A stretch of DNA of 41,783 bases from a virus (Duplodnaviria > Caudoviricetes). Below are positions 23,955 through 34,310 of this stretch, one piece after another (positions within the stretch are counted from its first letter, which is position 1; each line of letters opens with the position of its first letter). The position numbers and the translations under genes are program-made. The stretch lies in IMG/VR virus record IMGVR_UViG_3300046805_000112, positions 1-41,783 of that record. One strand, written 5' to 3'. The notes under the pieces are model-generated. The model did no database searches. It was not told where the DNA came from and saw only the letters and a list, made by a program, of their open reading frames with translations.

Positions 23955-24656
23955 TTACTCAGCCAATGTCCCACCCGTAGCTGCTCCACCAGTTGATACT
24001 ACATTTGCAGTCTCATTACCAGTTAGTTTTGTATTTTCATCACTTAATAAATCATCAGACTCCTGCGTTGTTGTTGCCGTTGTTAATGGTTCTGAAGGAG
24101 GATTACAAGAAAATTTAACTGTGGGACCAGCATAAAAATAATCCTCAACAATATCACTTCCACATTTTGGACTTGGACCAAATGCACTTTCACCCATAGA
24201 AGTTCCTTTAGGAGCTCCATTTCCAGTCTGAACTTTTATATCAGACTGTTGTGCCTGTACAATGTGTTTTCCACCACATCTCATATTAATATCTTTACCA
24301 GCACTTAGTGTGATAGTTTCATCAGCATCAATTGTAATACTTTTACCACGAATTCTGATATTACCATTCCGTTCTGCCGTAATTGTAATATCACCTGCCT
24401 TACTTAGAATTGTAATATCAACACCACCACCAGGAGATTTCTGTCCGGCAACGATTTCAATTGCCCTGTCATTATAAATTTTATATAATCCACCTTGGGT
24501 TTGACCAGTTACATTTACATCCTTATTATCAGTATAAGAATACCAACTATAAACATCGGCACCATTCAACCCCAACTGAGGATTTCTAATATCAAATTTA
24601 ACATTAGGTCCAAATACTTGATAATTTCTATTTTGCCAGTCTTCTGCTCTTTCCAT
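23955..24656 (-). CDS. gp5 C-terminal-like (spike beta-helix) protein
   Basis: Follows gp5; GDITITAE.GNIRIRGKSITIDAD beta-repeat. Confidence 0.55.
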   Translation of the reverse strand: MERAEDWQNRNYQVFGPNVKFDIRNPQLGLNGADVYSWYSYTDNKDVNVTGQTQGGLYKIYNDRAIEIVAGQKSPGGGVDITILSKAGDITITAERNGNIRIRGKSITIDADETITLSAGKDINMRCGGKHIVQAQQSDIKVQTGNGAPKGTSMGESAFGPSPKCGSDIVEDYFYAGPTVKFSCNPPSEPLTTATTTQESDDLLSDENTKLTGNETANVVSTGGAATGGTLAE

Positions 24657-26755
24657 TATGGTTTAACACAATCAATAATTTGTTGAACTTCGCCTTGGAA
24701 TTCTGGTCTTATACCAAAGATTGGTCTTAGTATTGCGCCACTTCCCTGACTAATTTCGGGTATACCTGCTGAGTTTGTCTTCCCAACGACTTGAATAACT
24801 GGTAAACTCTCAATAGACTTAATATTTATTGGAGCAACTTTAACGATAGATCCCTTATCAATAACTGCACTATATTGATTTCCAAGACTATCAACTACAA
24901 GGTCTTCTGGAGAATATCCTGTTCCTGGATTTTCAATCAGTACGCTTAGAATTGTAAATGCATCTGGTTCTTGATCTCCGATTGGATAATTTTCTCCATC
25001 AGAAATCACATAAGCACTTGTAACCTGTCCACTAGCATTAATTGTAGTCTGTACAATTCCACCATATCCTTTATTGCAGTTATCAGTTACTTCGACAAAT
25101 GGTGCAGAAATGTAACCAATTCCAGGATTTGTGATAACTGCACCAATTAGACTACCAACTCTATTTGGTGTTTCTCCAAGAATAGATCCAAAGATTGGAA
25201 TTGCTTGAGCACCAATTCCACCGCCACCAAATATATTAAGTAGAGGTGCATTACAAGATGTTGGTGGTCCAGAGTAACAATTACCAAGAGCACTTTTTGC
25301 TCCAGAAGTACTGATAGAACTATTGAAGATATCAAGTGCTCCAGTAGCACTAGCAACAGTACCACTAACACTATCAACCACATTTCCTGCTGCATCAATC
25401 GCACCAGTCACGGCACCAGCCACATTTTGAGCAGTATTCACAATGGATGATGCAGTATTAGCAATTTCTAAAATTTTACTTAATTTAGTATTTGGTGAAC
25501 TAATCACACCACCACCAATCTGCCATCTATCGACACTTGCGGTAACTTCTGGTTCACCACATTCTTTAATAAATGATACACCAGAGATTCCTTTAAAACT
25601 TCCTTTAAGAATACTATTAAGATCAAAGTTTGAAATCAATTTGATAATTCCAAGTGCCGAAAGAGCAAGATTGAGTCCTGCAGAAATTGCATTCAAAATA
25701 GCATTTAAGATACCACCAAGAAATTGATCCACAACACAAGAAACTAAATTCGCAATATTCTTTAATAATGCACAAAGCATTTGTTTAATAATATTTTTTA
25801 AATTAGAAGTAATAGTTTTGGTTAATGATGGAATTTGGTCTTGAAGTTTTTTTATTGCAGGTACAGTAGCTTCTTGAGCAGCAGCACCAGCCAAATGTGC
25901 CTGGGAAATACTTTTGGTTGCTGCCTTTACCTGACTGTATACTTCCTCATATACCTTTTCCGTGCCTTGATTTAAAGTTGGTACAATCTTCTTATAAGTA
26001 TCATTCAATACTCCACCAACAATACCTGAAGAAACTCCCTGTATTTTTTTAGCAATTTCTTCACATAAAATATCAATCTGTTTATCAATATAATCCTTTG
26101 CTAAATCTTTATAAGAACTCAGAGTTTGAACAAATTTTATTGCATTTTCAAGTTCTGTTGTAATTTTATCAACAAATGAATTAGCCTTTGTGGAGGCAAA
26201 CTGTACCTTATCACCAATTCCACGGAAATATGATAACTCACCTTTTTCATTTGCTGTTTTAGTTGGAAGATGATATGGGGATTTTTGAGTATCTTGAGTC
26301 CCTTCGTTTGTTTGATTTGGTTTTAGATTCGACCCATCATTTTTTATCTTACTTGTATATCCAGTAAATGGTTTAAATGGAAAACTATATTGTTCAGTTG
26401 CAGCACCTTCCTTTGTTTTACCAAATACTCCCATAATAATTGGAAGTTGGGCATTATCGCCATCCATAAAGAAACCAAATACGGAATCTCCAGGTAATAT
26501 TTTTATATCTGTTGCATAATTTCCAGACCCACTTCCAGAAGTAGCAGGTAATAATACTTGTGCCCAAGGAAGGTCTTCATTTGATAAGTCAGTTTCATTT
26601 GTGGGATGATATCCCATAATTCTGACTTTACGTCTATTTCCCCATCCTTTTTTATCAAGTTGATCCTTTTGAGCAGATTCTGGTGCTACTTGACCAATCC
26701 ACCAAAGAAAACCATCTCTTCCAACGAAATTACTTTTGAGTAAAGATTGTTCCAT
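24656..26755 (-). CDS. gp5: Baseplate hub/central spike gp5-like protein (OB-fold N-terminus)
   Basis: WWIGQV...RKVRIMGYH...DLPWAQVLLP...VFGFFMDGDNAQLPIIMG. Confidence 0.85.
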   Translation of the reverse strand: MEQSLLKSNFVGRDGFLWWIGQVAPESAQKDQLDKKGWGNRRKVRIMGYHPTNETDLSNEDLPWAQVLLPATSGSGSGNYATDIKILPGDSVFGFFMDGDNAQLPIIMGVFGKTKEGAATEQYSFPFKPFTGYTSKIKNDGSNLKPNQTNEGTQDTQKSPYHLPTKTANEKGELSYFRGIGDKVQFASTKANSFVDKITTELENAIKFVQTLSSYKDLAKDYIDKQIDILCEEIAKKIQGVSSGIVGGVLNDTYKKIVPTLNQGTEKVYEEVYSQVKAATKSISQAHLAGAAAQEATVPAIKKLQDQIPSLTKTITSNLKNIIKQMLCALLKNIANLVSCVVDQFLGGILNAILNAISAGLNLALSALGIIKLISNFDLNSILKGSFKGISGVSFIKECGEPEVTASVDRWQIGGGVISSPNTKLSKILEIANTASSIVNTAQNVAGAVTGAIDAAGNVVDSVSGTVASATGALDIFNSSISTSGAKSALGNCYSGPPTSCNAPLLNIFGGGGIGAQAIPIFGSILGETPNRVGSLIGAVITNPGIGYISAPFVEVTDNCNKGYGGIVQTTINASGQVTSAYVISDGENYPIGDQEPDAFTILSVLIENPGTGYSPEDLVVDSLGNQYSAVIDKGSIVKVAPINIKSIESLPVIQVVGKTNSAGIPEISQGSGAILRPIFGIRPEFQGEVQQIIDCVKP

Positions 26756-28093
26756 CTATGATTTCTGTGTATTTGTTGCGTAACGACCGAATGTATCTCT
26801 AATTAATGTCATTGAAGTATATGAACCTTCGGTATCAAAGTGATGACATAATTCTTTTATCATATATAGACCACTTTGCTCATCATCATATGTTGCTCCA
26901 TCTTCCCTAGAAATCTTGGGAAAATTACAAGTAATAATATCACCAGCTCTTAGATTTGTATTTGATGGTACAGTCATACTCAAAGTTTGAGTAAAGAGTA
27001 CATTATACCTCATAATTGCCTGAGATTGATATTTTGAAGGGTCAGCATTAGAGTCCTTGGAAATATCTTTATCAACAGTTCCAATATCTAAAACTTGACT
27101 CAAAATTCTTGTGGGCAAATCACCAAGTTTCTGATTGGAATCGTTCGCAATCTTAGGTAATTCTAATGCCTGACCCAGATTTGCAGATTCTCCTGCATAA
27201 TTCTCAAGTTTAAATGTTGATTCCTTAAATGTGAAGTTGAGTGGATCATAAACTATTCTGTAACTAGAATAGGTTCCCAATCTAAGTTTCTCAATTAGAT
27301 TTTGATTTCTGTTTGTGGTATATTGAAGAATACTAAAATCATTATCTCTTTCATATCCAGTCTGGTTTACATCACTATAGACATAAGTTGCTTTCGATGG
27401 TTGTGAAATTAGATTATCAATTGATCTGAAACTGAATCCATCTTGTGTTTGGAAGAATACATACCCTGCCGTTGCATCTTTCTTCGATGATTCGGGAACT
27501 CCTTTGGATGCTAACCATACTAAAACAGTAAATGGTTTTCTTAAATTACCAATAAATCCATACTTATTCTGTGTCTTATCAATTGCACCAATCTTATCAG
27601 TTTTTAGATATTCTGTAATGATACTTCTTACAGACTCATCAATAGATTGACTGGTTGGAAACTTCTTTGGAACTCTTACAGTTTCATTTGTGATTGCTTC
27701 TCTTGAAACTAGATTTAGTTCAAAGAATTCTTTTTGTGATTCTGAAATAACATTACTGATACTGGAGACATAAAGATAATCTTTTTCATCAGTTGCAAAA
27801 TCTAGTCCAGGATTGGTTTTAGAATTACCAGCAATCTTTAAGGAAACTCTTTCACCACCTCTTAAGGGAAGACCATTATAGATTGACTGAAATGATCCTG
27901 TTGCATTTCCTTCATTATCTTGTGCCTGAATAGAATCTCCAGTGTTTCCTACCTGAATCTTTGCGGTGATTGTGGGTGAGAAGATATCCTCATAATAATC
28001 AATAGAAACTGTACCAGTTCTAATATCAACGGTCCTTTTCTGGTCGTTAGATTCAAGTATAAGTTCTTCGTAAATTGACTTTTTTACTGACAT
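26756..28093 (-). CDS. Baseplate hub protein (gp27-like)
   Basis: IDYYEDIFSPTITA, YVFFQTQDGFSFRSID, LRAGDII...SGLYMIKELCHHF; position next to gp5. Confidence 0.65.
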   Translation of the reverse strand: MSVKKSIYEELILESNDQKRTVDIRTGTVSIDYYEDIFSPTITAKIQVGNTGDSIQAQDNEGNATGSFQSIYNGLPLRGGERVSLKIAGNSKTNPGLDFATDEKDYLYVSSISNVISESQKEFFELNLVSREAITNETVRVPKKFPTSQSIDESVRSIITEYLKTDKIGAIDKTQNKYGFIGNLRKPFTVLVWLASKGVPESSKKDATAGYVFFQTQDGFSFRSIDNLISQPSKATYVYSDVNQTGYERDNDFSILQYTTNRNQNLIEKLRLGTYSSYRIVYDPLNFTFKESTFKLENYAGESANLGQALELPKIANDSNQKLGDLPTRILSQVLDIGTVDKDISKDSNADPSKYQSQAIMRYNVLFTQTLSMTVPSNTNLRAGDIITCNFPKISREDGATYDDEQSGLYMIKELCHHFDTEGSYTSMTLIRDTFGRYATNTQKS

Positions 28094-30051
28094 TATGTGT
28101 ATGCTAAATCTAGTAAGAGTTTCTTTGTGATGAAACTATTTAACGGATTAATTATGATGGGAATCATTCCCCCTCCACCAGCTCCGGCAGAGACTTGTTG
28201 TTGTGCTGGTGGGTCTTCTTCTATCACAACAATAGTAGGACCATTTCTTTGTTGTGAAAGTTGTTGGGACATTTGTTGCCTTTGTTGAGTTCCTTGTGAT
28301 GCTATTTGTACTGGTGTTGGTGCAGAAATTGTTGTTGGTTGCCCAGAAGTTCCAGTTAATTCTCTTCCAATCGAAAGAAGCCCTAGATATGGTTTTGGAT
28401 CTATTGCTTTTCCAAAAGGACCACCAAGTCTAACTTCAAAGTGTAAATGAACATCTGGAGAGTTTCCAGTATTTCCAATTTCACCAATAGTTTGACCATT
28501 ATATGATTGCCCATTTTTTACCATCATTTTTGCAAGGTGGGCAAATCTGTAGCAAGTCCCATCTGAAGTGACAATATCTACACAATTTCCATATCCGCCC
28601 GCAACTCCAGCAAAAACAACTTTTCCACTACTTCTAAAAGAAACATAATAACCTCTTGCACCAGAAGTTCCAATATCAATCCCTTCGTGCATTCTACCTC
28701 GTCGTGGTGCTCCAAATACACCCCTCCCCCCACTAAGTCCAACGGTAGCAGTTCCTCCCCTAGGTCCAGCAACATTTATAGAATCTTTTACAGTAGTTGT
28801 GACTGCTGGGGTCATTTTTGCTGTTTGTGTTGATGCTAAAGTAGGTGCTGATGATGCTTGACCTTTTGTTTTTCTTCCATATTCATAAGATGCTGGACCA
28901 ACATAATTACCAAAGATATTATCATTTTGATTTCTTCTTCTTAAATCTGTAGAACTTGAATTACTTGGAGTCAATCCGGCACCTAAAAAGTCGGTTCTAT
29001 TTTCAACAAACTTAGCAGCATTTTTCTTTAAAGTTGGGTTAGTGATCGCAGATACTGTATCATCTATTATTTTTTCTGCATTAGATCTTGATAGTTTATT
29101 TGCTTTCATTACTGCTCTTATTGCACCTTCCCTATCTTGTATTGCATTAAATTCTTTTACTGCTCTACCTACAGGTTCATATTGTTTCCCATTTCCGGAG
29201 AGGATAATGCCCCTAATTGAACTTGTTCCAAATACTCCTGATGCTGCTCTATTATAAATTGATTGTGCCACATCTGCTCTTCCCTGTGGATCTCCATCTT
29301 CTAATGCAGAAACTGCGGCAAGAGTCCAAAAATCTGGAGATCCACCCCCACCACCAGAAGGAGTAGAAGGTTCTTGCATACTCTGATTTGGGTATTCAGT
29401 TCCAAAAGGTTGAGAATCTTGTCCACTAGAAATTCCTTCACCAAGAGATGTAGTGAGTAATCTAAATCCCTCATCAAACTGACTTTGCATATCATCAAAG
29501 GTATTTCCCAAACCTTTCACAGCATTCTCAACTCTTTTGTTACTATCAGTAAAGTCAAAGGTAAGAATATTTTTACCAATAGCACCTAGAACATTTCCAA
29601 ATCCTCTAAAGATACTCACAGTATTATTAAAAAATCCACTTACAATAGTAGAAAGTCTTTGCATTCTAGCAATCAATTCTTGTGCCATCGTAATAATGGA
29701 CGGTAGATTATAAAGCAACCATCCAACTAACAGAGTTCCAAGGAAGTCCATAATTCTTCCCAAGAATCCTTTAGTACTTGAAGCAATTGCCTTTGCCTGT
29801 CTCTTGAATACTCCACCGATACTTGATGCTTCTATCAAGTCCTCTCTATTTTTTCTTCTTTCTCCCTCTTGTCTTCTTTGGGAAAGAATATAATTTCTTG
29901 CTATTGATTCTCTTTTTACCTTTGTTTTTCTTAATAGAATATTATTAAGTTTTCCAGTTTTTTTCTTTAGACCAGAAAATGAAGACCTTACGGACTTGAT
30001 ACTGGAACGAATATTGATGAGACTATTGGATGGTTTTACTGCTACTGCCAT
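28093..30051 (-). CDS. Tail-associated protein with a cell-wall-hydrolase-like domain and an M23 peptidase
   Basis: E..DVAQSIYNR...QYEP (SleB/CwlJ-like); HEGIDI and HLHFEVR (M23). Confidence 0.8.
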   Translation of the reverse strand: MAVAVKPSNSLINIRSSIKSVRSSFSGLKKKTGKLNNILLRKTKVKRESIARNYILSQRRQEGERRKNREDLIEASSIGGVFKRQAKAIASSTKGFLGRIMDFLGTLLVGWLLYNLPSIITMAQELIARMQRLSTIVSGFFNNTVSIFRGFGNVLGAIGKNILTFDFTDSNKRVENAVKGLGNTFDDMQSQFDEGFRLLTTSLGEGISSGQDSQPFGTEYPNQSMQEPSTPSGGGGGSPDFWTLAAVSALEDGDPQGRADVAQSIYNRAASGVFGTSSIRGIILSGNGKQYEPVGRAVKEFNAIQDREGAIRAVMKANKLSRSNAEKIIDDTVSAITNPTLKKNAAKFVENRTDFLGAGLTPSNSSSTDLRRRNQNDNIFGNYVGPASYEYGRKTKGQASSAPTLASTQTAKMTPAVTTTVKDSINVAGPRGGTATVGLSGGRGVFGAPRRGRMHEGIDIGTSGARGYYVSFRSSGKVVFAGVAGGYGNCVDIVTSDGTCYRFAHLAKMMVKNGQSYNGQTIGEIGNTGNSPDVHLHFEVRLGGPFGKAIDPKPYLGLLSIGRELTGTSGQPTTISAPTPVQIASQGTQQRQQMSQQLSQQRNGPTIVVIEEDPPAQQQVSAGAGGGGMIPIIINPLNSFITKKLLLDLAYT

Positions 30052-30052
30052 C

Positions 30053-31732
30053 TTATATTACCACATTATAATTAACTTGTGAATAGAGCACATAGAAATT
30101 ATCTGGGTTTGATGCTGATATTGCTGGAACTTCATTTACAGAACCACCAGTAGGAGCAGCACCAGATTGTTGTTGAGCAGAAGAACCTATTCTCTTATAC
30201 ACTACATTTGGTGTTGGTTCTGGTGCTGGACCCACATTAAGTGGTAATGTTGCTATTTTACTAGTTTGAGCAGGTGTTTTTATATCTGCTTGTGCTGGTT
30301 GTGATGAAACTTGTGCGGGAGTTCCTTGCTCTGGATTTATATTAACTTCTCCAAATTGTGGTGGTTTTGTCCAATCAATTTTACTTGCTTGAGATGTTAA
30401 ATCTCCCATCTTCTGATCAAATGATTGCTCATTTCCTGCAGGAGTGGGGGCATTTGGTGTTTTATTTTTTGGTACTACTGGTGTTTTTGGGGTTACTGCT
30501 GCTTTTGGTGGTGTTTTTTTATTTTGATTCTTTCCAAGAAAAGTTCCTTCAAAAACACCAAATTCTCTGGCTACATCAACACCAACCCCACCCCATCCGA
30601 TAATAGGAATTGCCGATATTAGAGATAAAGTTCCTCCTGTAGTATCACCCTGACTGTATCTATATGCAGAAGCAGTAAGATTAACTCCTGTTGCCAATCC
30701 TGGGAGTAGTTTACCAAAAAGTCCTGCCCCTCCTTTTAAACCTGCTTTAGCGGCATCGTCGGCAACATTTGCTCCTGCTCCGGCAGCAGCACGGGCAACG
30801 TCATCAGCAGACCCAGCAGCAGCACGTGTTGTTGCTGCCTTTGCTCCAGTGCCTGTTATTGCTGCTACTCCAGCCTTTGCTGTCGAAACTATTGCGTTTC
30901 CGGCAGACTTCAATAGATTTCCAAGTGCTCCAAAGAATCTACCAACAGTATTCTTAAGTAACCACCCACCAATTTTAAGAGATAGTTTTGTGATAGTACC
31001 AGCAATAGCAAAAAATCCACCATTCAATAAGAATAATGTTCCGACAGCAATTCCAAGACCTTTTAGAACATTATCTCTAATTTCTTCTAATTTTTTACCA
31101 TTTCCTTCTGATAATGCTCTAAGAACCTCAATTCCTTTATTAGCAAACCATCCAGCAAATAGTGTCGTAAAGAATTGTGCTACTTTACTTAAAATAGATT
31201 GTGCCTTTTGTGCGATTTTTTGAACAGGGGCAACCAATGCACCTTGAATTGCTTTTTCTAAAAGACTTTCTCTTCCTACTCTTAATCCCTGTTCTGTTGC
31301 CCTTCTCTGTTCTTCTTGCTCCTGTTTTGTACGATTTTGTTCGAGAACACTGTCATAGGCAATTACATCAGTAATTCTACTTAAGGCACCACTAAAATCG
31401 GTAACTTCTGTGCTTAATCCACCAATCTGTTGCTGTACTCCACCTATCGTTTGAGTCTGGATTCTTATTACATCATCAAAACTATTAACTCTAGTCCTTA
31501 GAGTATTAACCTCCTCCCGTAATGAAGTTATTGTTTGTGATTGAGTCTGTACAAGTGCTAAAGCCCCTTCATCTGGTTGTCTATTAATAGCAACCAGCGG
31601 ACCACCACGTTTAAAAATATTTGATGATACATTACGACTTTTTTCAAATATTGCCCTTCTTCTTTCCGACGACAAATAGGACCCTGATACAGGATCTATT
31701 CCACTTTGTGCTATTTGTGCGAGATCAGCCAT
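30053..31732 (-). CDS. Tail/baseplate protein, possible tape-measure (gp29-like)
   Basis: Coiled coil plus Ala/Gly-rich hydrophobic segments; synteny with gp51/gp26. Confidence 0.5.
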   Translation of the reverse strand: MADLAQIAQSGIDPVSGSYLSSERRRAIFEKSRNVSSNIFKRGGPLVAINRQPDEGALALVQTQSQTITSLREEVNTLRTRVNSFDDVIRIQTQTIGGVQQQIGGLSTEVTDFSGALSRITDVIAYDSVLEQNRTKQEQEEQRRATEQGLRVGRESLLEKAIQGALVAPVQKIAQKAQSILSKVAQFFTTLFAGWFANKGIEVLRALSEGNGKKLEEIRDNVLKGLGIAVGTLFLLNGGFFAIAGTITKLSLKIGGWLLKNTVGRFFGALGNLLKSAGNAIVSTAKAGVAAITGTGAKAATTRAAAGSADDVARAAAGAGANVADDAAKAGLKGGAGLFGKLLPGLATGVNLTASAYRYSQGDTTGGTLSLISAIPIIGWGGVGVDVAREFGVFEGTFLGKNQNKKTPPKAAVTPKTPVVPKNKTPNAPTPAGNEQSFDQKMGDLTSQASKIDWTKPPQFGEVNINPEQGTPAQVSSQPAQADIKTPAQTSKIATLPLNVGPAPEPTPNVVYKRIGSSAQQQSGAAPTGGSVNEVPAISASNPDNFYVLYSQVNYNVVI

Positions 31733-31898
31733 TTGCTTGATTCTTTAGATTTTCTTCTTCGATATAATTTTGTAGTAGAGTTACATAGATCTCCCGCTCC
31801 CAAGGGATCATATCTTCAAGTTCCGTCAAAGAGTATTTATGATGTTGTACCATAGCAAAGTTTGTCTTGTAGTATGACGCAAGGTCAGTATGCGCCAT
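31725..31898 (-). CDS. gp51: Baseplate hub assembly catalyst gp51
   Basis: Read manually: MAHTDLASYYKTNFAMVQHHKYSLTELEDMIPWEREIYVTLL. Confidence 0.85.
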   Translation of the reverse strand: MAHTDLASYYKTNFAMVQHHKYSLTELEDMIPWEREIYVTLLQNYIEEENLKNQANG

Positions 31899-31900
31899 AC

Positions 31901-32620
31901 TTACACGAAAAAAGCAGATAATCCCTCCAGAACTACCTCACTCTCAACTTTAGTATTGGGATTTTTAATCTTAATTGTATGAGAAAGTTTGGGCATTGTC
32001 TCAAAGAACTTTTCAACTTCTTTGAATTGCTTCGAACTTAATTGCTCAACGAATTCTAGCAGTTCTTTCTTTGTGGAATCACTCGCAGTCCAAGATTCCT
32101 CTTCTGAATAGATTTGATCAATACAAGAAACAATCAAATCAAAGGTATCATCAACACTTACACTCTCACCAGAATCAAAGTTGTTCTTAATAAACTCAGT
32201 CATTGATGGATATCTCATTCTCAATGTTAAAGAATCATCCAACTTAATATCACGAGAATGCTTTGGATCTACTTCAACATTGATTTCATCTAGATTGATG
32301 CTTGTAGGAACCTGAGTTGTTCCATCATCAGGACAGGTAATCAAAACATCCACAGTTTCACCAACTGACTTACCTCTAATATTAAGGAACAAATACTCAA
32401 TATCAAATGTGGACAAGTCTTCTACTTTAATACCTTTGCTTAAAATGCAGTTTGTAATAACACTCTTAACTGCATTCGCAATCTGTTTGGAATCTTCGGT
32501 TTCTAGTGCGATAATCAGAATCTTTTCTTCTTTAACTAAAAAGGGTCTATATCTAATTTTCTTTTTTAATGAAGGAATTTCCAACTCATAAATTGGAGTT
32601 GCAATTTTTGGTAAAGGCAT
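31901..32620 (-). CDS. gp26: Baseplate hub subunit gp26
   Basis: MPLPKI.TP.YEL..RPFLVKEEKILIIA; FDIEYLFLNIRGKSVGE. Confidence 0.9.
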   Translation of the reverse strand: MPLPKIATPIYELEIPSLKKKIRYRPFLVKEEKILIIALETEDSKQIANAVKSVITNCILSKGIKVEDLSTFDIEYLFLNIRGKSVGETVDVLITCPDDGTTQVPTSINLDEINVEVDPKHSRDIKLDDSLTLRMRYPSMTEFIKNNFDSGESVSVDDTFDLIVSCIDQIYSEEESWTASDSTKKELLEFVEQLSSKQFKEVEKFFETMPKLSHTIKIKNPNTKVESEVVLEGLSAFFV

Positions 32621-32658
32621 AATATCCTATAAAGTTCAGTTAAAATTATTTAGACGAC

Positions 32659-33423
32659 TTAGGCAACCCCAACAGGTCTTTGATCATCCAGTCTTCCAGT
32701 TCCAAGATTGAGGTTTCTATTAGTCAACTCGTCTCTTCCCGTTGCAAGTCTATTTAATTGATTGGTTGTGTTGGAAATATTAGTAATGTTAGGAATTATA
32801 TTATTACTAATATTCCGTGCGACATCAACACTCAATGCCTTACCACAAATATATCTTTCATAGTTAAATGAAGCACTGATTCTCAATACATCAGAACCAT
32901 TATAACTTACTGGTGTAGAATTTAAAGAAAGTGGAAAAAGACCGAAGAAGTTATATTCAAGTTCTCTATTATAATCTCTATCAAATTTAATAATCTTGGT
33001 TGTATTACACTTATATGCCTCTGGGTATTGCATTCTAAAGTAATATCCCTCTCTAGTTGGATCTGCACCAGAACCACTGGAAATAAATTCCATCCAGTGT
33101 TCTATAAATTTTAATTGCCTATAATCCCTATCAACATAAAATTCCAAACCAATTTCAGTAAAGATTCTACGATGAGCAACTCTCTCATTTACTCCCGTGA
33201 AATTATTATTGATATCTGCAGTCGCAAATGAAGTTCCTGGTAGTGATGCAGAATGGCACAATAATCCAGCATCTTCGGCAATAAATCTTGGACTAACACC
33301 CCTAATATAAAGATGCGATAGAAGTGCTCCAGGCAACCCACCAAAAATAACTTGGAAGTGTGAGGTCTGGGCAAGATTAGTGAATAGTGGTTTAAAGTCC
33401 GATATTCTACGAGGTCTGACCAC
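32659..33423 (-). CDS. Tail tube-like protein (gp19/gp54 family, probable tube initiator)
   Basis: LLCHSASLPG...LEFYVD...HWMEFI...GLFP..L...SASFNYE; GTG start. Confidence 0.65.
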   Translation of the reverse strand: MVRPRRISDFKPLFTNLAQTSHFQVIFGGLPGALLSHLYIRGVSPRFIAEDAGLLCHSASLPGTSFATADINNNFTGVNERVAHRRIFTEIGLEFYVDRDYRQLKFIEHWMEFISSGSGADPTREGYYFRMQYPEAYKCNTTKIIKFDRDYNRELEYNFFGLFPLSLNSTPVSYNGSDVLRISASFNYERYICGKALSVDVARNISNNIIPNITNISNTTNQLNRLATGRDELTNRNLNLGTGRLDDQRPVGVA

Positions 33424-33424
33424 T

Positions 33425-33461
33425 CTAAATACCTTTTATGAGTCTTAGTATACTTATTTAG
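33425..33461. promoter_or_regulatory. Face-to-face late-promoter motifs (CTAAATA on each strand)
   Basis: + strand 33425-33431 and - strand 33455-33461 between divergent structural genes. Confidence 0.6.
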
Positions 33462-33899
33462 ATGTCTTATAAGGGAAAATATCAACCAGCATTCCCAAAA
33501 AAGTATAAAGGAGACCCCACAAATATTGTGTATAGATCTTTGTGGGAAAGGACTTTTATGAAATATTGTGATACGAATGAGAATATTTTAGAATGGTTCT
33601 CAGAAGAAATTGCAGTTCCTTATAGATCTCCAATAGACAATAAGATTCATAGATACTTCCCAGACTTTTATATCAAAGTCAAAGAGAGTAATGGGCAGAT
33701 TAAAAAATATATAATCGAAATCAAACCAAAGAAGCAAACAATAGAACCACAAATCCAAAAGAGAAAAACAAAGGGATATATCTATGAGGTTTATGAATAT
33801 GCCAAGAATCAGGCAAAGTGGAAGGCAGCAGAAGAGTTTTGTAAAGATCGTGGATATGAGTTTAAGGTGCTCACAGAAGATGACCTAGGTATCAAATAA
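33462..33899 (+). CDS. gp4: Head completion nuclease gp4
   Basis: KYKGDPTNIVYRSLWE; YFPDF; IEIKP; NQAKWKAA. Confidence 0.92.
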   Translation: MSYKGKYQPAFPKKYKGDPTNIVYRSLWERTFMKYCDTNENILEWFSEEIAVPYRSPIDNKIHRYFPDFYIKVKESNGQIKKYIIEIKPKKQTIEPQIQKRKTKGYIYEVYEYAKNQAKWKAAEEFCKDRGYEFKVLTEDDLGIK

Positions 33900-34300
33900 T
33901 GCCAAGAAAGACTCTCAAACAAAGAAAAGGTCCAAATCCAACAGAAGATAAGAGTAATCGTATTCGTTCTGTGATTGATAATTTAATTGGAAATGAAGAC
34001 CCTGATGATTTAATGATTGAGATATTGGATGTTTTGCAAGAAAGTGGAAAGGTGCCTAGTGTTGGTAAGTATTATGTTTTTGTTTATAATCCAAAGACAC
34101 CTAATGTACAGTACGATCAAAATCCATTAGTCGCAGTGACTGATAGATTTCAGTGGGGATTTAGGGGCATCAACTTTCACTGGGGAGAAATGAGACAATA
34201 TACTTGGGATGAAATACCTGGTTCTTTGTATGAGGTTTATGCAGAAGAACTTGCCGACTTGAGAGAGATACCTTTTGGTAAAATCCGTCTAAATAGTTAG
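33899..34300 (+). CDS. DNA end-protector gp2-like protein (short form)
   Basis: YVFVYNPKT..YDQNPLV...GINFHW. Confidence 0.6.
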   Translation: MPRKTLKQRKGPNPTEDKSNRIRSVIDNLIGNEDPDDLMIEILDVLQESGKVPSVGKYYVFVYNPKTPNVQYDQNPLVAVTDRFQWGFRGINFHWGEMRQYTWDEIPGSLYEVYAEELADLREIPFGKIRLNS

Positions 34301-34310
34301 AAAATCGATA

